Assembly (NCBI RefSeq): GCF_021869535.1
Contig: NW_026262690.1
Span: 83,948,001 to 84,012,000 of the forward strand
Length of the DNA stretch: 64,000 bases
Direction of reading: 5' to 3'
Source: Mytilus californianus
Lineage: Eukaryota
This document shows, piece by piece, positions 35,301-49,200 of the stretch (position 1 is the first letter of the stretch; each line of letters begins with the position of its first letter). Under the pieces are notes generated by a model. The model saw only the letters and a list, made by a program, of their open reading frames with translations, was not told the DNA's origin and did not search any database. The position numbers and the translations under genes were made by a program.

Positions 35301-38300
35301 TTAGCTATAAAAATGTATTGTTGAAATTTCCTGTTTGAATTTTACAACTATCTAACTGTCGCTGTATATGATAAATTATCGATCTAAAAAAATTAGGTTA
35401 AAAAATTGTAACACAAATTTTATTTTTAAAATTTTAAACTTTATTCTGAAATTATCCTAACTTGTTTATGTGTTGTAGCCGGTATGATTTTGGTTGGTGT
35501 TGTTGGAACGTTCGGCGGTGGTGTGATTATAAGAATATTTAACCTTGAACTACGTGGAATGCTGAGACTGGCTTTTGTAAGTTGCTTGGTGTCATCTTTA
35601 ATGGGCATCAGTTTCATAGCCGGATGTCCAGATGTTAAGCTAGCTGGGCTTGAAGTTCCTTATCATAACCACCCTGAGTAAGTAATAAGTAAAATTACTT
35701 TAACGAAACAGTGACAAGGAATATTTTCAAACGAATAAAGATACATGTTTTAGTACCTTTATATTACCCAATGATAGTAATATATACGACTATCAGCGGA
35801 TGTGAAATTACTACATCTGATGGCCATGACTGGAATACTTTCAATGATTTTAAAAATATTGTTACTTTGTTACTTTTTCAGCGTGTCAAATGGATACTCA
35901 GACGCCTGTCAGAAACCATGCCAGTGTCAGTACGAAACATTTACTCCTGTTTGTGGTATAGATAACGTGGTGTATTATTCTCCTTGTCATGCTGGATGTA
36001 CAAGTGTTGCAGGCATGGTACGTTTCATAAGAAACTAGCATGTAATGTATTTGTTTGTCCATCCTGTCTTTAATACAAATGGAAAAAAAGGCGACGCGTC
36101 GTCTTATTATTTAAAAAGAATAATTTATTTAAAGTAGTATGTAGTAAAGTCTTTAATTTACCGCAACGACACAAGGATGCTGGCAAATTTTGCATATTTG
36201 GTGACTAGCTTTAAAACTCGAAAACTAGTCCTTTTCCGCTACCGATTTGAATGCTAAATATTTTCATGTTTTATTGAAACAAGAAATCTTATTCACAATT
36301 TTGTCGCGATCGATGAATTTCTAAATTGATTAATATTATATTTAATTGATTTGTTATAGTTGTTTTCTTGTGCTCTTAAATGCTTAAGGCCGTACGGTGA
36401 CCTATAGTTGTTAACTTCTGTGACATTTGGTCTCTTGTGGAGAGTTGTCTCATTGGCAATCATACCACATCTTCTTTTTTATAATTAAGGCTTTCCAAAC
36501 TTAAGACCACCAGCTTAAGAATGGAAGACATTCGAAAGTAGTGTTGTTCTCACAAAAACGATGTCACACGATGTATAAATCGATACCTATGTAATACAAT
36601 TTTGAAGAATTTCCAACTCAGTATGGCCTAAAATCTTAATATTTCTTCTCAAAGATGCTAATTGTTTTCAAAATTATTCTAATACTTCCTCTTATATATT
36701 TTTTTTTAAATGAAATAAAATAGTTTATACTTACAGGGTGTATGGGGTAACTGTAGTTGCATTGCTCAGAATCTGAATATAAGCCAGGCAAATGCAGGAG
36801 CCTTTTATGGGCGTTGTGATGACAACTGCGATAAACTTTATTACGTCGCACCATGCATATTTTTAGCAATCATCTTTGTACTAATATCAACTACGCCAAA
36901 CTCAATGTGTATCATGAGGTAATTGTTTAATTGGATAGTAAACACATACTGTAAATTCAGAAATTATTTCGAACTTTTATTAATGTGATTTTGACATTAC
37001 CATGACAAATTAGAGATTTTTTTTTTGCAATTTCAGAAAAAAGTTGCTTACTGAAATATGTATCAGATATCAGAAACCGAGGTCTTGTTATTGTGATTAT
37101 TACCCAGTCCCACTATTTGCATAAATAAAAATCTCGCAATCATTTCTGAATAAACAGTATTGAATCTAGTTGTAGCGACTTCGATAAGTTATCTCCTCTC
37201 ATGTATGATAATGTATAACGGAATAAGAAAATAATTGGACAAATGAATATATAGTACAAATCATCAAAGAGACCAGGCTTATAGTTTGGTTCGCCGTTTC
37301 ATCTACACAAGACTCATCAGTGGCGCTCGAATCAAAACGTTTGGAATGCCAAATCAAATACGAAGTTGAGCATTAGAAACCAAAAAATCCGTAAAGTTGT
37401 GCCAAACACGGCTATTCCTTTGGGGGGCATCATTATAATTAATAATTTAAGAACACTTGATGATCATAAAGTGTATTTTCTATAGTCTCCTGTTGTGTGA
37501 CCGTATCAAGATCTTTCAAGATTATGAATATTTCACGAGATTTTACTGTCAAACGACGGCATGAATTAATTCTTTTCTACAAATTTGACAAAAATTGCAT
37601 ATTTTGACATATATAGATATAAGAAGATGTGGTATGAGTGCCAATGAGACAACTCTCCATCCAAGTCAAAATTTATGAAAGTAAACCATTATAGGTCAAA
37701 GTACGGTCTTCAACACGGAGCCTTGGCTCACACCAAACAGTAAGCTATAAAGGGCCCTAAAAATTACTAGTGTAAAACCATTCAAACGGGAAAACCAATG
37801 TATGAATTGAAAATATTGAGCATATCGAAGTTCCACAAAAATGAATTATTCATACAGACAAACATCATAGTTAAATATTCAGCTGAAACTTACATTTGCG
37901 GCTTAGAAAACTATTGAAAGATTGAATAAAAACAATATTTGAAATTTGCGTTAATGGAATTTTTCCACGACACCACAACTATTTATATTCTGGAATCGTG
38001 GAAAGTAAACTACGAGTTTTTGTTTTGTGTTCCTCGACTTAAAAAAAGACATACAACTGATTTTTATAGTTTGTTCTTATGTTTTACTGTTACACCACTG
38101 TCCCAGGTTAGGGGAGGGTTGGCGCGCCTTCAAACTAGTTTAACCCCGCCACATTCTGTATGTGCCTGTCCCAAGTCAGGAGCCTGTAATTCAGTGGTTG
38201 TCGTTTGTTGCTGTATATCATATTTGTTTTTGTAATATAAATTCATTAAAAATTAGGCACGGTAAAGCATTTTTCTTACCTTGTTCTATATATTGAACAA

Positions 38301-40593
38301 TAGGCTTCCGTAGCCAAAAATGCATGAAAGATACCAGTCTAATAAATTGCTACGCCAGATGTCGTTTAGTCTACAAGAATCATTAGTGGTGCTCGAATAA
38401 AAATAGTTTGAGGTCAAATAAAACAATAAGCTAAAGAGCCTCAGAAGCCTTAAATACGATCTATGCCTGGGGATAGAAAAACCTTAGTGTTTCGAAAAAC
38501 TCAAAATTTTATAAACAGAAAATTTAGAGAAGAACTACCATATCAATGTCCATAACATACTGACGTTTGGGAATTCCGGAAAAAATAAAATTGATTGATT
38601 GTTTTTTTAGCGATCCCGAAACACATAATGACTATATCGTGGAGAGGCAAAAAGAAATTGATAGATCATGACACGTGTGATGCTTTTAAAGAAGAGCAAC
38701 AGTCTTAGTAATAAAGAGTTGGTTCTTGATTGCTCATTTGAACATTACAATTGTTAATGAATAAACGATTTAAACCATTTCAGAGTTGTTGACGAAGACG
38801 TTAAACCGTTTGCCTTGGGTGTGGAGTGGGTTTTCATAAGGCTTCTTGGTAAGTGTGCTTTTCTACAGTTTGCGATCATTGAATTTCTCTTTCAGTTCAA
38901 AATGATTTAAAAATATTTTAATGATACTTCCTGTTCTTCTAGACACCGTTCTTTCGTTTTATAAACATACATGTTCCAATTAAAATAAATCATGACTTAA
39001 CGTGCTTGAAGTAACAATAGAATTTTCAAGGTCAGTCATATTTTGAACGACCTTTAAAATCAATATAAACTTTTCTACGGGAGTTGGTTGTCATGAAATT
39101 TGATACATTTTTTTTTCAAAGTGTATACACTTTTAAATTGTTAAACGGTTATATTTTCAGAACAATTTATCAAGTAAAAATGGTTGCCTATTAAACGTGT
39201 CCTATATGCTCGGCCCGAACAAAAAAAGTCCTGAATTTTCTAATTAGAATCGAAATAGTTCACTCATTTCGTGCTCTGTGCTCATTTTTACATTGGTGGG
39301 CATTATATTTGACAACAGTTTACGCATCTCTTAGTCTATTTACAAATATTATGCCTACCAATGGTTATATGAAAATAGAGCATAACAAGAAATAATTTTC
39401 TTCTTCATTGATACTAATGAAAATGATTGACGTTTTAAAACATTTTCATGTTATAATTTTGAGGCTTCTCGGTAAAATTAAAGCTTAATCGAATTTAAAT
39501 TGCTCGAAGAAAAATAATTAGAATACAAAATTCTGTTCAGTCCTCGACGTGCCAAATCGCTATTGCAAACGTAGACTATGTTAATGAAGATCACTGTAGC
39601 GCCACCGATACCATCAACATCAATATAGAAACAAAATGAATTCAAAATCAAATGAACATCACACACGATCGAGACAAAATAAGACCAAGAGATTAGAAGG
39701 TAAAGAAAATTAGTCTTATTTAGTCCATGCCACCTCTCGGCCAACTAAGCATATGCATATATATTATATATGTATATATATATATATATAACGGGTCAAG
39801 CGAATCATATTTCTGTCTTTAAACGAACATGGTGAATCTAAATCAAGGTAAACATTGGAAAAAAAAGAAACAGATTTAGGGTTGAAAATGAGACTTGAGT
39901 GCTAGACAAAATATGCTGCCTGATTGCTTACTATCGTAACCTTCCCGGTTAACATGCTCGGAAAATTAGATGATAAATAATGCATACATTTTCTTAAATT
40001 ATAGATTTCAGAAAGCATGTTACCTGTTTATTTGTTAATTGTTAATTGAAATAATCAAACTATATATCTGATTTCGTTTGAATGGGGTTTGACTATGTTT
40101 TATACAAATCGGGTCGAATCACAACAAGACCCCATTGCTGGTAAAGATAATATAAACAGCTGCTTAATGTATATTCTATGGATCATTTCTGTAACAGTTT
40201 GGTTGTCTATGCAAAAATAATGTATACCTTAGAATTATTTTTTTGCAGGAACCATTCCATAAACAGCTGATTAATGTATATTCTAGGGATCATTTCTGTA
40301 ACAGTTTGGTTGTCTATGCAAACATAATGTATACCTTAGAATTATTTTTTGCAGGAACCATTCCAGGTCCCCTTCTGGTTGGTTGGGTTCTGGATAACGC
40401 ATGTTTGATATTTTTAGACGGAACTTGTGGTAATAAAGGGAACTGTTTGCTCTATAGCCATGATGATATGGCTTCAGGGATATTAATTTGGTGGCTGATT
40501 GTGTCATTGTTGTCGGCAATATTTTACCTATTCGCCATTTTATTTGAAGCCAGATCTGGGAAAAGTAACTCGTTCGAATTATCATCAAATTAG
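26362..40593 (+). CDS. OATP/SLCO-family organic anion transporter, paralogue A (12 exons mapped; start codon not firmly located)
   Basis: GT-AG exons in frame: 26362-26411, 27439-27755, 28219-28416, 28758-28863, 30638-30759, 32980-33065, 33712-33850, 35479-35677, 35882-36017, 36737-36918, 38784-38848, 40355-40593. Motifs LERQF, YIDDN, DQRWVGAWWLGF, Kazal-like PVCG...YYSPCHAGC, RLLGTIPGP. Confidence 0.92.
26935..26984 (-). ncRNA. Minimal type-I hammerhead-ribozyme-like motif (best copy of family A; others near 16240, 37290, 38351 on -, 53887 and 59621 on +)
   Basis: Minus strand reads CTGGTGA-GTC-N7-GAT-GAAA-CGC-N7-GCG-TA; the consensus across copies restores CTGATGA...GACGAAA. Confidence 0.55.
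31365..31636 (+). mobile_element. HINE/DINE-like non-autonomous element in an intron
   Basis: TTTTTATGCCCC start with ATGCCC/GGGCAT inverted repeat, GTCC microsatellite, GGGGCATC subterminal repeat, CTTGTTT end; related fragments near 34890 and 46250. Confidence 0.65.
32240..32720 (+). pseudogene. Degenerate Penelope-like RT C-terminal fragment in an intron of paralogue A
   Basis: Interrupted translation resembling FRYTDDVLSL, TKLYDKR, APAYGVY and LLTRKLLNQGF. Confidence 0.65.
40152..40364 (+). repeat. 106-bp tandem duplication spanning the last-exon splice acceptor of paralogue A
   Basis: TTTTGCAG|GAACCATTCC occurs with AG ending at 40248 and at 40354. Confidence 0.9.
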
Positions 40594-41528
40594 AGACAAT
40601 TTTCTTCAGAACCTGTGATTTATGTAAATACTGCATTTGTTTTAGTTTATATCATTGAAATGTGACATTTTAAAGAAGAATACCATGTTTTGTATTAGTA
40701 ATCAAACGGGACTAACTTCGAATTCTTTATTCTGTAATATTCAATTGAGTGCTCTTATGCAAGTGAACCAGGCATATTTAAAAGACTGCAAACTTGTGTA
40801 ATATGATCTTTTAATAAGGAATATTGAATGGATATAAAACATCATTCCGGAGATATACTTTTATATAACCTTATATGAAAAGGACAATGGTTTTATTGAT
40901 TTTTCAACTTACCTCGCTTTTATTGTTTACTCAACAAAATACTCAATACAGTAGAGATTTCACGTATTTGTACTGTGGCAAAAAGTGGAGAAGATACCAA
41001 CGGAACAATTTAAAGCCAGACGTCGAAAAAGACGGACAAAGCCATGGAAAAAAGAAGAAATATCAACCAACAAATCAAAAACACTCGCAGAAAGCAACAA
41101 GAACCAATTTAAACAAAACACGTGACTGATCTAGAAGGGTATACTTATTCTTCCCAACTCTTGGCTTATTGCTTACATTACCGGTGATAAATATGTATGT
41201 TAAACTAAGAATAATTAATATATAGTTATTGGTTACAATTGTTAAAAAGTAGCATATACTTGTTATCTCTATAGTCGACAACGAACATTCGGGTTTGCGG
41301 ACGAGAACTTTTTATAAACAAAATCTGGTGCTAAGGTGAATATTTCATAAATAATCATATGGAATAAATAATTTAATTCTGGATGTAACGCGTCTTCTGA
41401 TTGGCTGACAGATTTTGTTTATCAGCTCATAGACATAATTTTGTCATGTGACTGTGACGTCATCAACATTTTTTCATGATTTTCTCACGCTTAAAATGGA
41501 ATTTAGAATTAAATTATAAGGAATGACT

Positions 41529-41603
41529 GAAGAAATAACATAAAAAATGTGGTGCACACTTTAAAATATTCAGTGTGCACCACATTTTTGATGTTATTTC
41601 TTC
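41529..41603. repeat. Near-perfect 32-bp inverted repeat with 11-nt loop, inside a probable non-autonomous element (about 41340-41620)
   Basis: Arms 41529-41560 and 41572-41603 differ at one position. Confidence 0.85.
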
Positions 41604-41821
41604 ATAGACAGAGAAAAATTATTTTATGGAATAACTAATTTTATGGAATAAAATATATTCCATAAAAAATAATCATATTTAAACAAAATTAATTTATTTA
41701 TTCCATAAAATTTTGGAAGAAAAAAAAGTTGATTTTGTTTTGCTCTGGGAATATTTATCTTCCCTTTCAATATTCTAATGACGGTCCATTTGCATTTGTA
41801 CAAAAAAATCTAAATCAAAGA

Positions 41822-42016
41822 AATATCATGTATTTTATCACAAAGAAGTATCATGAATTATAACACAAAGAAGCATCATGTATTATATCACAAAGAAGTA
41901 TCATGTATTATACAATAAAGAAGTATCATGAATCATATCACAAAGAAGTATCATGTATGTATTATATCACAAAGAAGTATCATGTATGTATTAAATCACA
42001 AAGAAGTATCATGTAT
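41822..42016. repeat. Minisatellite, about 25-bp unit (TATTATATCACAAAGAAGTATCATG), about 8 copies
   Basis: Direct tandem repeats without unique spacers. Confidence 0.9.
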
Positions 42017-43228
42017 CATATCATTGTCATATGTATTTTGTCCTTGCCTTTTGTCATGTCAAGTGTTTATAGTGCCATATGTACATTTATTTATAACATT
42101 GTTACATTTTTTATTTGTTAATTCAATGTTTATACAATGTATCTTTATATATATGCATATATTTACAAGAATGAATAAAATTCAAAAGTTCTTTGTGTGA
42201 TAGTGCTCAAACAATATACACAAAAAAAGGACGGAATTCAATTTAAACAAAATATAATAATTATGAATATGCATGTTGAATAATAATAGAATCACGTGAT
42301 TAGACTTTAAAATAAAGCACGGAATTTAAAAACTACACATATCTGGTTATGTTGCATCATATGGAATATAATAACAAGTCAATAGGTAACATCATATATT
42401 ATTGTACTTCTAGAATTGCTCGATCTTCTAGCAATGATTTAGAAAATGATTTAAAGCCGATTCATTTTTTATACATTGTCCAATTAATTATGATTGATTG
42501 ATTAATTGGTTTTTAACGCCAATTTCAACACTATTGAGCTATTTCGTGGTGGTCAGTTTTAAATGGTGGGGGAAACCGGAGAGAACCACCGACCTGCGAT
42601 AGGACCCATTATTTATGCGTTTTTACGTAAACCATAATTCAATGGCGTCTATGAAGTTTGTTTTTTGTAATAAAAAATTTATCTACAAAATTCATAATTT
42701 TTCCTTACACAGACACAAATTTCGAAAAATTGAAAGATGTAATTAATCTTTTGATTTAAAATTTAAAATAAACGCTACGTTATCTTTGAAAATTTATCTC
42801 CATCAAGATTTTAAATTCGTAAGGAACCGGGTTTCTTTTGTCTCGATTAACCTGTCATTTGAGGTCTTAAATTTTGACAATAATCCAAGGATATATACAA
42901 ACAAGTAAGTTCATTTCATTTATCACAATAAAACAGGGTACACTGCACGATTTTCCAACCGATTTTTTACCTATAATGTCGGTTCGACAAAAATCGCACC
43001 ATGTGAACACTTAAAATCGGATGTTGTTTAGTTAACCGAATGAAAAATTGTGTCATGTGAACAGATCGTTGTACGATTTACCTGGGTGACGGTCTCAAAT
43101 CGGATGGAAAATCGTATCGTGTAAACGCACCTTTAGAATGAGTGTAATGAATAATGTTAGGTAGAAGTAACATGCAATCAAATTAATCACAGCTTTTGCT
43201 CGTAGTTAATGCATAAATTAGTTATTGC

Positions 43229-46200
43229 TCATATATGCGTCGATAAGACAACATCATTATTGGAGGTAGATGGTGGCGCTTCACTTGACAAATACGCCAT
43301 GTTATCATATGGTTTCTTGCTAAAGTTCACGTCATAATCGCCATTAGGTACATTGTTTGTGTCAGTTGGCGGTTTTATGTCCAAGGTGGTCTGTGAAGGC
43401 GCCTTATAAAATTTACCACCAATAAAAAATCCAATGGAACTGGCTACTTTCACAGCGCACCACCAAACAAAAAGTTTCCAACTCATGTCAGTTCGATCAT
43501 AAACCCAACAGGAACCTTTGGTGCCACATGTGTCCTGCCAAACATCACACGATGTATCCAGTACGGAACCAGTTAAGACAGGTCCAGGAATTGTTCCTTA
43601 AAAGACAAATTAAATCAGGAAATAAGATTTTACAATCATGTTAATTACTTGAAAACTAATATCATTTTCATCTAAAACATTTTCCAAATTAAACAGAAAA
43701 CATTAAGCCTTGAATTTTGTATGCAGCTGGAAAGTTTTTTCCATTCAATCGTGGATAGATATAAGTATTTCGAGTTTCGATACTAGTAATAAACATCTTA
43801 ACATGCGTACGACGTTAGACGGTAGTGATACCTGAATTAAAAAGACCAGATTATATCATTCCGTCAAATCTGCATGGATATGGAATCAACACAATATTGG
43901 AAGGACTAATGAGTTTTACGATGTGGAAAATAAATTGCTCTTAGTTAACATACGATCTTGAAGAGAGAAAATATACTATTGCAATTTTGGAAGAATCAAC
44001 TTAAATGTGTTTCGATATCACTCATGAGATATAGAATAACATCATCTTATTCTTTGACTTGGGTTGGCAATACTTTTGTTCTTTTTCGATTCTATCATCT
44101 TTTCAATGATTATATTAGGTTTTGGTTTTCAAATATTTAGTCAACAGTTGTTCACAACAATAGCCAAATGTCAAAATATTAGTTCAAACTAAGTCTTTTA
44201 AGTAAATCGGAGGACAAGTTTAAAATGTCTCGCTGTAAAACAAATCAATTTGAGTCTTTTGGTTTTATATATCATCTAAGGTATATTTTACTTTTAATAT
44301 CGCGAACAGATGGAAACCATACTATAAAGATTGTACAGTGACCTATAATTGCTTTCATCCAGGACATCTGGACTGAAGTGGGTAGTTGTTACATTGACAA
44401 TAATACTACATCTCCTTAGGTTTATGTAGACATTGGACTGCAAACTTCTATATGAATATAAAGAGAATCGAGGCAAAGGTCAATAAGATCCAAAGACGAA
44501 AATTGAAAAAAGGGTCTAAGAGCGCAACTTATCAAACGATAGTACATTTTACAAGATGTCACTGGTTTTGTTTAATTTCTTTTCGTCACTGCTTACCTAA
44601 AAGTCTAAGTAATACCCACTGCAAACCTAGACCAACTGCTCTATGTTCATCGGGTACACACCTGCGATAGAAAATAAACGAATGTGAAGGTGCATAAATA
44701 TTTGGCACAAGTTTTAATATAATATGAGGAGTTGAATTTTAAAATGTAGAAAAGTAGAAAGTTTCTACACTGATACAAAACTAAAGGGTGTAGCCTTAAA
44801 TACATTCCAAAAAGATGTTTTGACAAGTTCACGTAAACCATAATTACTTGCTCGATTTTCAGGGTTTTTTCTTGACTGTTGCTTCTCTTTTTGTCAAATT
44901 CTTTTAACAACGTTGTTGTCTTTTTTAAATTTATGAATTGCATTGGTCCGTTGGTATCTTTTTAACATATTTTTAGCCGAAACAATAAGTGTTTGTTTTG
45001 TAGGTAAGACAATTCGAAGCTACTTGAAACACATGCTAGCACTAAGCCCCCATTCATCTGTCTTTTTTCAGATTGCTTTGTTATTGTATCCTTGGAATCG
45101 TCTAACTATTGTGTTCGTTATAAAGTTACAAACCTCAATATAGCCATGGATGCCGGAGTAACCGTCGTAAATGTACACAACATGGCAAGAAATAAAAGAA
45201 TAATGAACACAATGTAGCTATTACAGCTACTTCCACATTCTCCAGTTGTAGCTGTACCATTACCAAAGGATCCAATGCAGCCACATTGTGAAAACTAAAA
45301 TAACAAAACATTTCAAAATAAAATCGTATTTTAACCTTTTGGTTATCAGTCTATACGATGACTTTTATCAAAATAAACACATGTCATGAACATTAAAATG
45401 AATGGTGAATGTTTTCTTTCGTTTTGGAATAATCAATAAGGTACAGCGCTAACATTTAAATTTGGATTGACGTCTTTCCTGTAAACTGACTTTTTCGGGT
45501 ACAGACACATAGGTTCGTGTTTATTTTTCTTTGGTTTCATGTGTAATTTTTCGCTATTGTGGTTTGTCTTTTCGCCGTTTTTGATTGTTTTTTCATCAGA
45601 CTTATGTTTTATGATTGCCTGTCCCTCTTGGTACTTTTCTCTCGTTTCGTGATACGTCTCGTGTTAGAAAATATTCGATGTTAATATCTAAATGAAAGCA
45701 TCAATTAAAATACAATTTCGTCAGGAGTACTGTTTATCATTCAAAAACATCGTGGTATTGAAAGTAACCGATGGTACCACGGTAGGTACTTGCTGGATAT
45801 AGATCTATTACATGTACTCTCAGTCAACATTTAAATCGACTAAACTCTTTTGGATTATGATTGGACAAATGTCTTCAGTTATGCATAATGTTACGTGCAT
45901 GACATGGCAAATTTCAACCATTTTAATTGAAACCAATAGCAAGAAAGTTATTAAACTATACATGAAAAATCGAGTAGAAAAGAATTAATGTTAAATTAAG
46001 AGTTTCAGAATCCGAAGCATCGATATAAATTAAATGATTTAATAATAATAATGAAAATAACAACAAAACAAAACGAATATCTTAAAAAAAATTAATAAAA
46101 CACCCACCAAAAAAAAAAAAACACAAAAAGAATCCGACAGAGACATTACTTGTGACGAGGCTACACATTGTACAGATGCAAAAAACGGACAAAAACAATA

Positions 46201-49200
46201 TCATTAACAAAACAAAAGAAGTAAGTGTCTGACACGAATGCCCAAGCTCAAGCTCCAAACAACCGAAAATGGGACAGACGGACGAACGGACGATCAAGGG
46301 TAACACTTAATGCCCCCGTCGCCTACGGCGGGGCATAAACATATAAATAATACGATAAATTTTCACTTCTGTTCTCGTACTATGAACAGCAAATTTATTT
46401 ATTTTGTAAAATATATTTACGTACTCCTAACAACCAAATTATTTTATTTAAATACCTGAGTACGTTATTTTCTTTAACGTCATTTTGTCCAAGGTTATAG
46501 TTGTGTTTTTGACATTGTTTCACTCCCCCCCCCCCCCTTTTATTTAATATTGTATTTATATTGTGTCATAGATAAAATTTATTCGTTCAGTGTATGTTTA
46601 CTTGTTTTTGTTAAAATGTCTTTTTGATTGAGATATGCCATTTCAATTGATATTTTATAGTGTGTGTTTCTATGTTGAAATGTTACACTACTATTTCAGG
46701 TTAGGGTGAAGGTTGGCGCCTGTTAAAACGTTTAAACCCGCTAAATTTGTTTGCACCTGTCCTAAGTCAGGAACCTGTTATTCATTGGTTGTCGTTTGTT
46801 GATCTGGTTCATAAGTGTTTCTCGTTTCTCGTTTTTTATATAGATTATACCGTTGGTTTTCCTGTTTGAATTGTTTTACACTAGTCATTGTGGGGCCTTT
46901 TATAGCTTGCTGTTCGGTGTGAGCCAAGGCTCCGTGTTGAAGGCCGTACTTTGACCTATAATTGTTTATTTTTTACACATTGTGCCTTGGATGGAGAGTT
47001 GTCTCATTGGCACTCATACCACATCATCTTATTTCTAATTAAGAGCAAACGTCATAGAAATAATGCAGTATGTTAATTCTTTTGTTAAAGGGTGTGGTCA
47101 ATTTAGGTACAAGTCATGTTAATTTGGGTGTACTTGTCAGGATATTAGAACATCTCTGTCTTAAATCATCGTTGTAAAAAGTTATTACGACTCATTTTGT
47201 ATATATATGAAATTACAAGAAATTACTGTTAACCAACTTTATTTTGCGACGGATTTTTATCTTCGCGAGTAGAAAAATAACACGAATATAAGTAGTCGCC
47301 ATTTATATGTAAAACTTTTCCTATGAATACACAAACAAAAATAGAAAATCATGAAAATAATTCACCGCATAGATAGCATGAAAGAGACAAACTCGAGAAA
47401 AACGTCTCCGCGAAAATTATTTGGTTTATAGTAAGTATTCTTATATAAAAATTATATTTACATCTGTATCACTTATATTACATCCAGCATGACAGGCTGA
47501 AAAGTAAGTTACGGAATCTGATCCACACACGGGCTCAAATGCTGAGGTTGTACATCCACAATCCACATTACAAGTTGATATAATATTTCCAATCCTAATA
47601 AAAAAAATAGATATGTGGTTCAAATTTTAAAATATGTATTTGTTCAATGTATGAAAAATACAATACATAGCAAAATGGTCAGTTTTGAAGAAATTTTCAT
47701 AACGAACTTCGACAGGGACATTTTGAAATGTTGTTGACTTTACAGCTTTAATATCTTTTTCGTATTAGAAAGATCTCAAACTGTATTTTTTTGATAAAAT
47801 AAAGACAACTCAGCACTATACTCTGGCTTCACGACCCGCAATAGAAAATATTTTTTCTTGCGGAATAACATAGAAAGTTCGACAAAGTTAAGTATGTTAT
47901 TTTTTCTATTCTCCCATACTAAGTAATTTATAACATCTTAAAGGGAAAATAAGTTTTTGAATCTAGAGGATTGGAAATAAAACTATACAAATTAATGACA
48001 TGTGGTTGAGGATCTTAGCAACCATTAACATGATCGACCCATTGCATTGAAGGTTGAGTGAAAAAGGATGGAAACGTATAAAAAGGAATTATTTTGACAA
48101 ATGTGGTTCAATTTGGCCACAACTATTTGAAATAAGGTTGATCAAACATAAGTACTATTTCAGTTCTATTATTTGTCGTACTAATAAGGTTATGGTGTAT
48201 CGCATCTTTAAAATCCTTAGTTTAAGCCCGCCTCATGTTCATGTCCCTGTCCCAATTCAGAAACCTGGTCAGTGGTATATATCTTTTTTTTTCATTTCAG
48301 GTTTTTGTCTTTTAGGATAATTTAGATTTGAAAGTAGGTTTAGCTTTTGTATAGACTTCTGTCTATCCTGGTGCTCGCAAACTGACCTCTAGGTACTTTT
48401 TGGGTTTTTTTTGTGTTGTTTCGTTGCTGCCTCATCGATGATACACTGCATATCATTTTTTCATAAGTTTTAAGATATCTTAAACATTTATCTGACAATT
48501 ACCCTCCACTTCCATCTGAATAGGTAGCTGATAAACCAGCGAATGATTTTTCTTCACAGTTGATAAAGAATCCTGCTCCGATTGCTAGCGATAATAAAGC
48601 CATCAGACAACACAATCTTGTCATGCCACGAACTTGCAGCCTAAAGCATTTAATTAAAACACCACCAAAAACCATACCACCTGCCCCACCTAACAAAGTC
48701 ACTGCACCTGTAATTCAAAATTTTCTTTAATAATAACATCCATTTTGACGTAATTTAACACATAATCGAACCAAATTACACTTGTAATACATGATGGTCT
48801 GCACATATATGTCTCAATTCTTGAATTCTTTATGCCATCTTTTCTATTCTTTATATATTTTGTCTATTATTCTTTATTCTGTGCTTTTGTAGATTTTTTC
48901 GCACTCCCCGTCCAGACTCTCATACGTTTATCATCAAATGGCAGCTCTATCGTAACATAACGTAAGGTTTTAGTTCAAAAATATATTTTTGTTTAAAACA
49001 TTACCACTTCTAATACCAAATTTCAGTATACTGGGGAAGACAATTGCATACTTTAAAGGATATATTATTCAAAGTAGAATCATTATTCTGACCCATTGTT
49101 GGCACCTCCAGGCTTGTAACAATATTTTTCTGAGTTTATATTGTTCAATTTTTATGTCTTCTATCGTAAATCAAATTTGGTTGAAGGTCCCAGAGATTTG

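Noticed and set aside
41822-42016. CRISPR-like repeat array
   Set aside because: Contiguous tandem units without unique spacers, eukaryotic context, no cas genes.
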